Source: Marinobacter sp. (lineage in GTDB: Bacteria; Pseudomonadota; Gammaproteobacteria; Pseudomonadales; Oleiphilaceae). From it: DNA of 64,000 nt. The notes beneath the pieces are model-generated. The model made no database searches, was not told where the DNA came from, and was given only the letters and a program-made list of their open reading frames with translations. Position 1 is the stretch's first letter. Each line of letters starts with the position of its first letter. Both the position numbers and the translations under genes were made by a program. This document shows positions 17,892 to 31,145 of the stretch, piece after piece. The DNA lies in contig JBALXR010000002.1 of NCBI GenBank assembly GCA_036960525.1, positions 1,287 to 65,286 of the forward strand. Direction: 5' to 3'.

Positions 17892-18830
17892 ATGAAGAAT
17901 ATTATTCTAGCCGTTGTCGTATCCTCTGTAGCTGTAAGTTCTGTTAACGCAGCTACCGTGTATGAAAAAGACGGTTTGACCTACAAGCTGAATGGGGATT
18001 TCCAGATTCAGCTCCGTAAAAATATTGGCGACAATACCAGTGAATATGTCGATTTTGACGACCTAGAGCTAAAAAATTATGTTAGCTATGATCTTGATAA
18101 CGGCATAAAAGCCTTTGGTCGTTTGGATTTTGATTTCAAGGATCACGCCAACGGCAAAGACGTTAATAAACCTATTGAAGAAGCCTATGTCGGCTTGCAG
18201 TACGGAGTTGCATCTTTCTCCATCGGCAAACAGAACTTTGCTTCTGACGAGTTCGGCATCGAAAAAGCATATGAGATACCTCTCGACGATGACCAGTTTG
18301 ATGCCGTTGGCACCGATGGCGATGATACATTCCGGGTAGATGTTGAGCTTGATAACTTGTATCTGGTTGGTTCCTATGAGCTGGAAGCCGAGGACAAAGG
18401 CGGTATCACTGGAGAATTTTTCGACTTGTTTGCCTCCACCAAAGTGGCGGGCCTGACACTGGCAGCCGCGTACCAGCAGCACACCCCCCTTTTGCAAGAG
18501 TCCCTTGATACCTTCGGTGTTAGTGTTTCCTATGATTTCGGCCTAGCGAATGTGGGCGCTGACTACAGCGCAACGGATGACAGCAACACTGACTTGGAAA
18601 CAACCCTGTATAACGTGGCTGCATCATTTGACGTTACCAGCACAACCGGTGTTGCTATCGGTATGCAGAACCAGGAAGAAGATGGAAGCGAAGACGTGAC
18701 CGCTTGGTACGCCAACGTTACCTATAAGTTCCCGGCACAGAAAAACGTCAGTGTTTTAGTCGAAGTGGCTGATACTGACGAAGATAACACCAACATGGGC
18801 ATCCTGGCCGGTTTGCGCGTGAAGTTTTAA
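17892..18830 (+). CDS. Gram-negative outer-membrane porin
   Basis: Signal peptide then ATVYEKDG, EEAYVGL, alternating beta-strands and a C-terminal Phe (GLRVKF). Confidence 0.9.
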   Translation: MKNIILAVVVSSVAVSSVNAATVYEKDGLTYKLNGDFQIQLRKNIGDNTSEYVDFDDLELKNYVSYDLDNGIKAFGRLDFDFKDHANGKDVNKPIEEAYVGLQYGVASFSIGKQNFASDEFGIEKAYEIPLDDDQFDAVGTDGDDTFRVDVELDNLYLVGSYELEAEDKGGITGEFFDLFASTKVAGLTLAAAYQQHTPLLQESLDTFGVSVSYDFGLANVGADYSATDDSNTDLETTLYNVAASFDVTSTTGVAIGMQNQEEDGSEDVTAWYANVTYKFPAQKNVSVLVEVADTDEDNTNMGILAGLRVKF

Positions 18831-18880
18831 ACAGTCTTCTAAGGGCGACACAGCTTTTACCGAAGAGCGGTGTACAAGAC

Positions 18881-18919
18881 AAAATAAAGAGGCCGGGCAA
18901 TGCCCGGCCTCTTTATTTT
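18881..18919. terminator. Bidirectional rho-independent terminator
   Basis: 19-bp perfect inverted repeat AAAATAAAGAGGCCGGGCA-a-TGCCCGGCCTCTTTATTTT. Confidence 0.9.
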
Positions 18920-18999
18920 TCGTATAGCCCCATCAAGATGGGACATCTGACAGAGTTTTCCAAGTTTATTGCACAACTCCGATTGATCGTCAAACTTCG

Positions 19000-19461
19000 T
19001 GTGTCGCACTGATGTATTCCGGGCCATTGTCACAGCGGATCTGGCTGGGCTTTCCCCGCCACTCGATGATCTGATCCAGGGCCCGGGCAACACGCTTGTG
19101 GTTCTAGGGGTGACCCTTCACGTTGCGCAAATACAGAAGGCACAGACCAAATTCCAGTTTCGCTGGTTATGGGTTAATCGTACCAAAAGATCCGCGATCT
19201 CGGCATTTTCACTGGAGAGCTTAGCCTTGTAGGTCGGGCAGAACTCACTGACACTAAAGGCCTCGCTGGCTTTGCGAATGCTACAACGAGCAGTGGTAAC
19301 GGCTTTTTGCGCCATCTCGCGGCGGAGAGATGGCTTTACCACTTTCCCTCAAGAGCCTCCTTGCGCAACACAGCTTTGAGCCGTTCTTCGGCATACATCT
19401 TCTTCAGCCGCCGGTTCTCATCCTTAAGCTCTTTCATGCGCTTGATCATGGAGGTGTCCAT
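19000..19461 (-). mobile_element. IS3-family insertion sequence remnant (truncated orfA, internally deleted orfB)
   Basis: OrfA C-terminus MKELKDENRRLKKMYAEE...EGKW*. Slippery heptamer G-GGA-AAG at 19348-19342. OrfB N-terminus ENAEIADLLVRLTHNQRNW and NHKRV is fused directly to the integrase core ALDQIIEWRGKPSQIRCDNGPEY. Confidence 0.88.
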
Positions 19462-19533
19462 TATACTCTGACAAATCACCGCTAACGCCAATCCAGATCA
19501 TTCTACCGTCACGCTCTTCGCCAAATTGCGAGG
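19460..19533 (-). mobile_element. attTn7 site with a probable relic Tn7-like transposon end
   Basis: The glmS 3' end ([11 protein letters not shown]) is the established TnsD target. On the minus strand TGTCAGAGTATAAT begins at 19473, the 25th base after the stop codon. Confidence 0.55.
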
Positions 19534-21330
19534 CTGGTCAACATCCGTGCCTTTAAGCACGGCAACGTGATACGACAGCAACTGCAAAGGCACGGTGTAA
19601 ACGATGGGCGCGGTAATCTCGTGTACCGAAGGCAGTGACAACACGTGCAGGCCTTCTTCCGCCTTCACGTTGGCTTGGGCGTCTGCGAATACAAACAGCT
19701 CACCGCCGCGGGCGCGAACTTCCTCAAGGTTGGACTTGAGCTTTTCCAGCAGCCCATTGTTTGGCGCTACAGTGACAACCGGCATGTCGCTGTCGACCAG
19801 CGCCAGCGGGCCGTGCTTGAGCTCGCCAGCCGGATAGGCTTCGGCGTGTATGTAGGAAATTTCTTTTAATTTTAGCGCGCCCTCCAGCGCCACCGGGAAC
19901 AGGGAGCCACGGCCCAGAAAAAGGCTGTGGACTTTGTCCAGAAAGGCGCCAGACATCTCAGCGATGGCGCCGTCTAAGGCCAGAACCTGTTCAACCTGCC
20001 CCGGCACCTTATGAAGCGCTTCTACGATTTCGGCTTCGCGCTTTTCGCTTAAGCCGTTGTGACGCGCCAGCGCCAGAGTGAAAATCAGCAGCGCAGTCAA
20101 CTGGGTAGTAAAAGCTTTGGTGGAGGCCACACCGATTTCCGGACCGGCCTGGGTCATCATCACCAAATCGGATTCGCGTACCAGCGAACTGCCTGGCACG
20201 TTACAAATAGCCAAAGCTGCGCGGAAACCGGCTTTTTTAGCCTGGCGCAGGGCGGCCAGGGTGTCGGCGGTCTCACCAGACTGGGAAATGCACAGAAACA
20301 GGGTATCAGGCTGAATCACGTGCTTGCGATAGCGAAATTCGGAAGCCACTTCCACTGAACAGGGCACGCCGGCCAGGTCTTCAATCCAGTAACGGGCTAC
20401 CATGCCGGCGTGATAACTGGTGCCACAGGCAATAATCTGCACGTGGCGCACATTTTCGAGCAGGTCTTCGGCGGAGGTGCCAAGCGCCTGTTCCAGAACC
20501 CTTTTGGCGGTCACCCGGCCTTCCATAGTGGCTTTGATTACCCGCGGCTGCTCGAAGATTTCCTTTAACATGAAGTGGCGATACGCGCCTTTTTCGGCAG
20601 AATCACTGCTGTGTTCAAAGCGATTAACAGGCCGGTCCACAACGTGACCATCGCGGTCGCGAATTTCCATACGGTCGCGGCGGATGTCGGCCATATCGCC
20701 TTCTTCCAGAAACATGAAGCGGTCGGTTACTGGCAGCAGCGCAAGCTGGTCAGAGGCAATGAAGTTCTCGCCAATGCCTACACCGATGACCAGTGGGCTG
20801 CCTTCGCGGCATACCACCATGTGGTCCGGCTCGTCCGCGTGTATCACCGCCAGGGCGTAAGCGCCGCGCAGGTGCCTGATCGCCTGGCTGACCGCCCGGT
20901 ACAGATCGCCGGTGGTGCGGTAGTTTTTCTCGATGAGGTGGGCGACCACTTCGGTGTCGGTTTCCGAGGTGAATTCATAGCCTTCGACTTTCAGTTCGTC
21001 GCGCAGCTGCTGATAGTTTTCAATAATGCCGTTGTGCACGATGGCAAGGCGGTCGCCAGACATGTGAGGGTGGGCGTTCATCTGCGTGGGCGCACCGTGG
21101 GTGGCCCAGCGCGTGTGGGCGATGCCAACAGGCCCAACCGGAGGATTTGCAGCTACCGCATCAGCCAGAGCCGCCACTTTGCCCACTTCGCGGGCGCGGT
21201 GTACCTGTGCTGCGGAGTCAATTACGGCCATACCCGCTGAATCGTAACCGCGGTATTCAAGGCGACGCAGCCCCTCGAGGAGTATGCCTTGAACATCCCG
21301 TGCTGAAACCGCACCTACAATGCCACACAT
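19498..21330 (-). CDS. glmS: Glutamine-fructose-6-phosphate transaminase
   Basis: Motifs [30 protein letters not shown] and [11 protein letters not shown]. Confidence 0.99.
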   Translation of the reverse strand: MCGIVGAVSARDVQGILLEGLRRLEYRGYDSAGMAVIDSAAQVHRAREVGKVAALADAVAANPPVGPVGIAHTRWATHGAPTQMNAHPHMSGDRLAIVHNGIIENYQQLRDELKVEGYEFTSETDTEVVAHLIEKNYRTTGDLYRAVSQAIRHLRGAYALAVIHADEPDHMVVCREGSPLVIGVGIGENFIASDQLALLPVTDRFMFLEEGDMADIRRDRMEIRDRDGHVVDRPVNRFEHSSDSAEKGAYRHFMLKEIFEQPRVIKATMEGRVTAKRVLEQALGTSAEDLLENVRHVQIIACGTSYHAGMVARYWIEDLAGVPCSVEVASEFRYRKHVIQPDTLFLCISQSGETADTLAALRQAKKAGFRAALAICNVPGSSLVRESDLVMMTQAGPEIGVASTKAFTTQLTALLIFTLALARHNGLSEKREAEIVEALHKVPGQVEQVLALDGAIAEMSGAFLDKVHSLFLGRGSLFPVALEGALKLKEISYIHAEAYPAGELKHGPLALVDSDMPVVTVAPNNGLLEKLKSNLEEVRARGGELFVFADAQANVKAEEGLHVLSLPSVHEITAPIVYTVPLQLLSYHVAVLKGTDVDQPRNLAKSVTVE

Positions 21331-21411
21331 GCTGTTTGTCCTGTTCGTAGTAAAAGATAGTCGTGAAAACAGTAAAGAAATTTATGGAAACACTGTAAAA
21401 AAATGTCGTGA

Positions 21412-22776
21412 TCAGTGTTTTTCAGGCTTTTGCCAACCGGATATATTGCGCTGGCGCCCGCGGGCAACTGCCAGTTCTTGATCTGCAACATCTTTGGTTA
21501 TGATTGAGCCTGCACCAACGGTAGCACCATTACCAATAGTAACGGGTGCTACCAACGAACTGTTGGAGCCGATAAACACGCCATCGCCCAACACCGTCTG
21601 AAACTTGTTCACACCATCATAGTTGCAGGTGATGGTGCCTGCACCGACATTCACGCCGGCACCCAGCGTAGCATCGCCGATGTAGCTCAGGTGGTTAATT
21701 TTGCTGCCTTCACCCAAAATGGTTTTTTTAATTTCGACAAAATTACCCACTTTGGTGTTGGCCGCTAACTGTGTACCGGGCCGCAAGCGCGCAAAGGGTC
21801 CAACTTGGGCGTTTTCACCCACGCTGGCTTGCTCAATCACGCTGTGGGCGTGGATCTGCGCGCCATCGGCTATGGTCGCATCGGTAATCACACAGCCTGG
21901 GCCAATAGACACGTGGCTGCCCAAGGTTACCTTGCCAACGAACACCACGTTGACGTCAATCAGCACGTCATTGCCAATGCTGAGCTCACCACGCACGTCT
22001 ACCCGCGCCGGATCAGCCAAAGTGGCTCCTTCTGCCATCAGGCGTTTGGCTTCACGGCTTTGATACCAGCGCTCAAGTTCAGCCAGCTGCACGCGGTTAT
22101 TCACGCCTTGTACTTCAAACGCATTGCTCGGTTGAGCAACGTTGACCGTCATACCCGCCTGCACGGCCATGGCGATGATATCAGTCAGGTAGTATTCACC
22201 CTGGGCGTTGCTACTAGAAAGCTGTGGCAACCAGGTTTTGAGATGGCGAGCACTGACAGCAAGGATGCCGGTGTTCACTTCGCAAATCGCCAGCTGTTCC
22301 GCACTGGCGTCTTTTTGTTCCACGATGGCTGTTACCTGGCCGGCACTGTCGCGCAGAATACGGCCGTAGCCCTGGGGGTTATCCAGCGTTACTGTCAGCA
22401 GCCCCAGGGTGTTTTCATCCAGATTTTGAACCAGCCCCTGCAAGGTGGCTGCGGTGGTCAGTGGTACGTCGCCATAAAGTACCAGCACCCGCGCATCGTC
22501 CGGTAACTCTGGCAGTGCCTGGGCAACGGCATGACCAGTCCCCAGCTGCTGGTTCTGCATCACCCAGCTGACCTTATGGTCAGCAGAGGCGGCTTTTACC
22601 TGCTCAGCACCATGGCCAATCACCCCGTGAATCCCCGCTGCGCCCAAGGTTTGGGCAGTTGCAATCACGTGGTGCAACATGGATCGCCCGGCAACCTTGT
22701 GCAGTACCTTTGGCAGCGACGATTTCATCCGTGAGCCCTGGCCTGCGGCCAGAATAACAACGTGCAGCGGAGACAT
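21412..22776 (-). CDS. glmU: Bifunctional GlcNAc-1-P uridyltransferase/acetyltransferase
   Basis: Motifs ILAAGQGSRMKS, LGTGHAV, YGDVP, GEYYLTD, hexapeptide repeats and NYDGVNK. Alternative start at 22788. Confidence 0.98.
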   Translation of the reverse strand: MSPLHVVILAAGQGSRMKSSLPKVLHKVAGRSMLHHVIATAQTLGAAGIHGVIGHGAEQVKAASADHKVSWVMQNQQLGTGHAVAQALPELPDDARVLVLYGDVPLTTAATLQGLVQNLDENTLGLLTVTLDNPQGYGRILRDSAGQVTAIVEQKDASAEQLAICEVNTGILAVSARHLKTWLPQLSSSNAQGEYYLTDIIAMAVQAGMTVNVAQPSNAFEVQGVNNRVQLAELERWYQSREAKRLMAEGATLADPARVDVRGELSIGNDVLIDVNVVFVGKVTLGSHVSIGPGCVITDATIADGAQIHAHSVIEQASVGENAQVGPFARLRPGTQLAANTKVGNFVEIKKTILGEGSKINHLSYIGDATLGAGVNVGAGTITCNYDGVNKFQTVLGDGVFIGSNSSLVAPVTIGNGATVGAGSIITKDVADQELAVARGRQRNISGWQKPEKH

Positions 22777-22828
22777 GGGGTAACTCATCCTTTTTAGTCA
22801 GACTCTGTTCAAGGGTAATACAGATAAT

Positions 22829-22917
22829 AAAAAAGCCGCATCCTTGCAGTGGGTGCCGGCATTGCACTCACCCTATATGGTGACACAACACCCGCTACCC
22901 ACGCCGGGATGCGGCTT
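22829..22917 (-). terminator. atp operon terminator with an unusually large structured loop
   Basis: 11-bp inverted repeat AAGCCGCATCC (22833-22843) / GGATGCGGCTT (22907-22917), followed by a T-run on the minus strand. Confidence 0.6.
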
Positions 22918-22944
22918 GTTCAGGGCGAGCCCTGCCGAACGCTG

Positions 22945-23367
22945 TTAACGAACGTTCTTACGCAGTTTTGACAATGTGCGAAGCTGAGCGGCGGCTTCTG
23001 CCAGCTCTGCTGCAGCACGGTAATACTCGAACTCGCCGGTTTTATTAGCCAGTGCCGCTTCGGCGTCTTTCTGGGCCTGCAATGCTGCGGCCTCGTCGAC
23101 GTCTTTCGCGCGCACCGCGGTGTCGGCCATCAGGGTGACAAGATTTGGCTGTACTTCCAGGTAGCCCCCGGACACATACAGAATTTCTTCTTCACCACCT
23201 TGCTTGATGATCCGCACAGCGCCCGGTTTGAGCGCAGACAGCAGCGGAGCATGGCCGAACTGAATGCCCAATTCACCCTCGGTACCGGTAGCGATCAACA
23301 TCTCTACCAAGCCGGAGTAAATCTTCTTTTCAGCGCTTACGACGTCGCAATGTACAGTCATAGCCAT
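22945..23367 (-). CDS. atpC: ATP synthase F1 epsilon
   Basis: [29 protein letters not shown] and operon position. Confidence 0.97.
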   Translation of the reverse strand: MAMTVHCDVVSAEKKIYSGLVEMLIATGTEGELGIQFGHAPLLSALKPGAVRIIKQGGEEEILYVSGGYLEVQPNLVTLMADTAVRAKDVDEAAALQAQKDAEAALANKTGEFEYYRAAAELAEAAAQLRTLSKLRKNVR

Positions 23368-23402
23368 TATCTAAGCCTCTTGGGTCAGAAATTGAAAGAG
23401 GA

Positions 23403-25711
<2,309 letters not shown>

Positions 25712-25778
25712 AGGTCACTGCCCTTTCAAGTTAGACACTCATTTGGACCAACAGGCCCGCCGCAGCGGGCCGCCGCTG

Positions 25779-27323
25779 TTACCAGGTTTGAGTGGTCTTG
25801 AATTTTTCCAGCGCAGCTTTCAGGCCAGCGGCAACATCGTCATTGTAGTTGCCGGCAGCGCCGATTTTCTCAAGCAGGTCTTTTTGCTCGGCACGCATCC
25901 AGTCCAACAACTGTGCTTCAAACTCGACCACTTTGGTGACATCTATGTCATCAAGGAAGCCTTCGTTGGCGGCATACAGAACGGTTCCCATTTCAGCCAC
26001 AGACATCGGGCTGTACTGGTTCTGCTTCATCAATTCGGTAACGCGCTGACCGTGCTCAAGCTGTTTACGGGTGGCTTCGTCCAGATCCGAGGCGAACTGG
26101 GCGAAAGCTGCCAGTTCACGGTACTGAGCCAAAGCCAGACGGATGTTACCGCCCAGTTTCTTCATGATCTTGGTTTGAGCTGCACCACCTACCCGCGATA
26201 CCGAAATACCCGCGTTCATCGCCGGACGGATGCCGGAATTAAACAGGTTGGTCTCAAGGAAGATCTGGCCATCCGTGATGGAGATTACGTTGGTCGGTAC
26301 GAAGGCCGACACGTCGCCTGCCTGGGTTTCGATGATTGGCAGCGCGGTTAAAGAACCGGTTTTACCTTTCACTTCACCGTTGGTGAACTTTTCAACGTAG
26401 TCCGCATTCACACGGGAGGAACGCTCCAGCAGACGGGAATGCAAATAGAACACGTCACCCGGATAGGCTTCACGGCCTGGCGGACGACGCAGCAGCAGAG
26501 AAATCTGACGGTAAGCAACAGCCTGTTTCGAAAGGTCGTCGTACACAATCAGCGCGTCTTGGCCACGGTCACGGAAGTATTCACCCATGGTGGTGCCGGA
26601 ATACGGTGCCAGAAACTGCATGGCTGCCGGATCCGCAGCGCCTGCAGCGACCACGATGGTGTGATCCATCGCGCCGTGCTCTTCGAGTTTACGAACGATC
26701 GCAGCGATCGACGACTGCTTCTGACCGATAGCAACGTAGATGCACTTAATACCAGAATTCTTCTGGTTGATGATCGCGTCGATGGCGACAGCGGTCTTAC
26801 CAATCTGGCGGTCACCGATGATTAGCTCACGCTGGCCACGGCCAACTGGAACCATGGTATCGATCGCTTTCATACCGGTTTGAATCGGCTGGTCAACCGA
26901 CTGACGTTCGATAACGCCCGGTGCGACCTTTTCAACCGCATCGGTCAGGCTGGTACCCAGCTCGCCCTTGCCATCAATCGGATTGCCCAAACCGTCAACG
27001 ACGCGGCCCAACAGTTCCGGGCCAACAGGGACTTCAAGAATACGACCGGTGCAACGAACTTTCTGGCCTTCGGCCAGGTCTTCGTATTCGCCCAATACCA
27101 CGGCGCCGACAGAGTCGCGCTCGAGGTTCAAAGCAATACCATAAGTGCCGTTAGCGAATTCAATCATCTCGCCCGACATAACATCCGCCAGGCCGTGAAT
27201 CAGCACAATACCGTCTGCAACAGACAGAATGGTGCCTTCGTTTTTTGCTTCAGAAGAGATATCGAGCTTGTCGATTCTCTTTTTAATGATGTCACTGATC
27301 TCGGATGGATTCAGTTGCTGCAT
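25779..27323 (-). CDS. atpA: ATP synthase F1 alpha
   Basis: [10 protein letters not shown] start, GDRQIGKT and [13 protein letters not shown]. Confidence 0.99.
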   Translation of the reverse strand: MQQLNPSEISDIIKKRIDKLDISSEAKNEGTILSVADGIVLIHGLADVMSGEMIEFANGTYGIALNLERDSVGAVVLGEYEDLAEGQKVRCTGRILEVPVGPELLGRVVDGLGNPIDGKGELGTSLTDAVEKVAPGVIERQSVDQPIQTGMKAIDTMVPVGRGQRELIIGDRQIGKTAVAIDAIINQKNSGIKCIYVAIGQKQSSIAAIVRKLEEHGAMDHTIVVAAGAADPAAMQFLAPYSGTTMGEYFRDRGQDALIVYDDLSKQAVAYRQISLLLRRPPGREAYPGDVFYLHSRLLERSSRVNADYVEKFTNGEVKGKTGSLTALPIIETQAGDVSAFVPTNVISITDGQIFLETNLFNSGIRPAMNAGISVSRVGGAAQTKIMKKLGGNIRLALAQYRELAAFAQFASDLDEATRKQLEHGQRVTELMKQNQYSPMSVAEMGTVLYAANEGFLDDIDVTKVVEFEAQLLDWMRAEQKDLLEKIGAAGNYNDDVAAGLKAALEKFKTTQTW

Positions 27324-27351
27324 GCCTTTGTCCTCAAACCTTTTGCTGAAA

Positions 27352-27888
27352 TCAGGAGCCCAGTGCTTTGGCCATTTTTGCGAGCTTGCCACGGACTGAC
27401 GCGTCAATAACCAGATCACCGGAATTTACCACCACGCCGCCAATCAATGAGCGATCAACGGCGGTTTCCAAGGCGACTTTACGCTCCAGTTTTCTGGACA
27501 ATGCTTCTGCCAAATGTTGCTGCTCTTCAGGTGTCATTTCGTACGCCGTGCTGACTTTCATATTCACCGTACGCTCAAGTTCCGCACGGTAAAAAGCAAA
27601 CATGGTCGAAATTTCCGGCAGCAGCGCCAGGCGCTTGTTTTCAGCAAGAATCAACAGGAAGTTTCTGAGTGCTTCAGGCAGCTGTTTTTCAGCGGTTTCG
27701 AAAAACAGCTCTGCCTTGCGTTGCTCAGACAGGCCAGGATTGGCCAGAATGTTCTTCACAGCTTTGTTAGCCGCCAGAAGACCTACAAAAGCCAGCGCCT
27801 GATCCCAGGAATCGACGGCGTCATGTTCTTTAGCGGCTTCAAAAACGGCTTTCGCGTAGGGCCGGGCTAACGTTATCGGTTCTGCCAT
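27352..27888 (-). CDS. atpH: ATP synthase F1 delta
   Basis: ARPYAKA, ENKRL, LIGGVVV and IDASVRGKL. Confidence 0.98.
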   Translation of the reverse strand: MAEPITLARPYAKAVFEAAKEHDAVDSWDQALAFVGLLAANKAVKNILANPGLSEQRKAELFFETAEKQLPEALRNFLLILAENKRLALLPEISTMFAFYRAELERTVNMKVSTAYEMTPEEQQHLAEALSRKLERKVALETAVDRSLIGGVVVNSGDLVIDASVRGKLAKMAKALGS

Positions 27889-27899
27889 GGGTCCCTCGC

Positions 27900-28370
27900 T
27901 TAGAGTTGTGCTGCCAGCTTGTTCAGCATGTCGCTGTGAGCTTTAGCATCGACAGACGTTTCTAGAATCTTCTCGGCACCGGCAATGGCAAGTGCTGCCA
28001 CTTCTGCTCTCAATGCGTCGCGAGTCTGAACACGCTCCTGCTGAATTTCCGCCCGGGCTTGCTCAATGAGCTTTTCACCTTCTTTGCGGGCATCACCTTT
28101 GGATGCTTCCACAATCTGGGCGGCGCGCTTATTGGCCTGATCGATAAGAACGGCAGCTTCTTCTTTGGCTTGTTGCATTTGCTGGGCGGCTTTTTCTTGA
28201 GCAAGCTCAAGATCTAGCGAAGCCCGGTCAGCAGCAGAAAGACCATCAGCAATCTTCTTCTGGCGCGCTGCCATGGCTGCCGTAATCGGCGGCCACACAT
28301 ACTTCACGCAGAACCAGACGAAAATAGCGAAGGCAATCGATTGCCCTATTAACGTAAGGTTTATATTCAC
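27900..28370 (-). CDS. atpF: ATP synthase F0 b
   Basis: NINLTLIGQSIAFAIFVWFC and RQKKIADGL. Confidence 0.98.
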   Translation of the reverse strand: MNINLTLIGQSIAFAIFVWFCVKYVWPPITAAMAARQKKIADGLSAADRASLDLELAQEKAAQQMQQAKEEAAVLIDQANKRAAQIVEASKGDARKEGEKLIEQARAEIQQERVQTRDALRAEVAALAIAGAEKILETSVDAKAHSDMLNKLAAQL

Positions 28371-28466
28371 GGCAATATACCTCTTGCTATTCGTTGCGTG
28401 CTGGAAACCAAAAACCGGGCGCTTGGCTCTAAAGTTCAGAATTGCGCCCGCATCTTCAGGCTATGT

Positions 28467-28712
<246 letters not shown>

Positions 28713-28747
28713 TCAGATAGTTAAGGGTTTGCTTTTTAACGGGTAAA

Positions 28748-29614
<867 letters not shown>

Positions 29615-30007
29615 TCATCGCCGTGGTTGCGGCCGTATCAGCCAGCGTAATGCGCCGCCCGCTACAACCATCACAGCAAAAGTGAATAATAGAGCCGGCA
29701 CGTATACCGGCTCCATTAAAGTGAAAACACCCGCGAAAGAAACAGCGGTAAGGGCGATTTTGGTGGATTCCGCCCGGAACAAATTTCCCACCATAAGGCG
29801 CGCGTGACGGGCGCCCTGATAACGATACACCCGATGAACAAACCAGGCGTTTGGCACTATAAAAATGAGACCGCCGATGAATGCGGAATAACCAGCCAAA
29901 ACACTGTGTAGTGACCACAACAGGCTGATTATGATCAGACCTGTTAACTCTATGGCCAGCCAACGAGCTAATGGAACATAGGTGATTCGAGATTGCCGAG
30001 ATTTCAT
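29615..30007 (-). CDS. atpI: ATP synthase protein I
   Basis: Small 4-TM ORF first in the atp operon, with GGLIFIVPNAWF and RAESTK. Confidence 0.85.
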   Translation of the reverse strand: MKSRQSRITYVPLARWLAIELTGLIIISLLWSLHSVLAGYSAFIGGLIFIVPNAWFVHRVYRYQGARHARLMVGNLFRAESTKIALTAVSFAGVFTLMEPVYVPALLFTFAVMVVAGGALRWLIRPQPRR

Positions 30008-30211
30008 ATCACCGCCATCATTCCAAACGCGCAAAATTATATGATTTAAGCAGCTGTTGTTCAACTAAACTCTGAGCGAAACCTGGCTAAAAATTCATCA
30101 GAGCACCACCGGAAACCCGCATTTATCACACAATGTGTGGCTGTCTCTGGAAAAAGTCACGACATCTGGTGTTTCTTCGTCATTTGGCCAAAGCTCTTTT
30201 TTATTTTCAAT

Positions 30212-31087
30212 CTACTTGATATGGCCCAAAATTCCGTCTAATTCGTCCAATGAGCTGTATTCGATAACCAGTTTCCCCTTGCCACGCTGGCCGTGATTAA
30301 TCGCCACTCGAGCGCCCAGACGCTCGGCCAGATCGTCCTGCAGAGCCCGGATATTTGCGTCCACCTTGGGCTTGGCCGCTTTTCCGTTATCGGGTTTGTC
30401 CTGCTGCAACTGGCGGACCAGAGCTTCGGTTTGGCGCACCGATAGTGAACGCGCCACTACCTGCCGCGCTACCTGCATTTGCTGCTCTGGCGCAAGAGTT
30501 AACATGGCGCGGCCATGGCCCATTTCAAGATCGCCGTGTTCCAGCATCAGCCGCACATCTTCGGTTAAGCCAATCAGGCGCAGCAAGTTGGTGATGGTGG
30601 TACGTGACTTGCCCACCGCTTCGGCCACTTGAGCCTGAGTCAGCCCGAATTCGTCTTGTAGACGTTGAAGGGCAAACGCTTCTTCGATGGGGTTCAGGTT
30701 TTCGCGCTGAATGTTCTCGATCAGGGCCATAGCGATGGCCGCTTCGTCTGATACGTCCCGAATAATAGCCGGTATCGAGTCCAGGCCGGCTATCTGGGCG
30801 GCGCGCCAACGGCGCTCACCAGCGATCAGTTCAAAGCGTTCGGCGGCCAGAGGGCGTACCACAACGGGTTGCATCACGCCTTGCTGGCGAATGGAGTCGG
30901 CCAGCTCTTGCAAGGCTGCCGGGTCCATGTCGCGGCGCGGCTGATAACGGCCACGCTGAATCAAATCCAGAGCAATATCCCGCAACTCGCCGTCCTGGCT
31001 GGCCGGTGTCTGCTCCAGATTTACGCGGGAATTCGCTAATAGGGCTCCTAGCCCGCGCTCCCCAAGTCCTCGTTTTTTCGCCGCCAT
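30212..31087 (-). CDS. parB: Chromosome partitioning protein ParB
   Basis: KRGLG, YQPRR, IAGERRWRAA, ENIQRENL and HTH GKSRTTITN. Confidence 0.97.
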   Translation of the reverse strand: MAAKKRGLGERGLGALLANSRVNLEQTPASQDGELRDIALDLIQRGRYQPRRDMDPAALQELADSIRQQGVMQPVVVRPLAAERFELIAGERRWRAAQIAGLDSIPAIIRDVSDEAAIAMALIENIQRENLNPIEEAFALQRLQDEFGLTQAQVAEAVGKSRTTITNLLRLIGLTEDVRLMLEHGDLEMGHGRAMLTLAPEQQMQVARQVVARSLSVRQTEALVRQLQQDKPDNGKAAKPKVDANIRALQDDLAERLGARVAINHGQRGKGKLVIEYSSLDELDGILGHIK

Positions 31088-31145
31088 GGTGTCAGCCAAT
31101 GTTTCCGTTAATGTCCATTAAATTGGTTTTTGCGTTGGCGGCATC

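Noticed and set aside
18921-18999. Possible IS terminal inverted repeat (..GGGGCTATAC)
   Set aside because: It lacks a clean CA terminus and has no partner end in the window, so it cannot be assigned.
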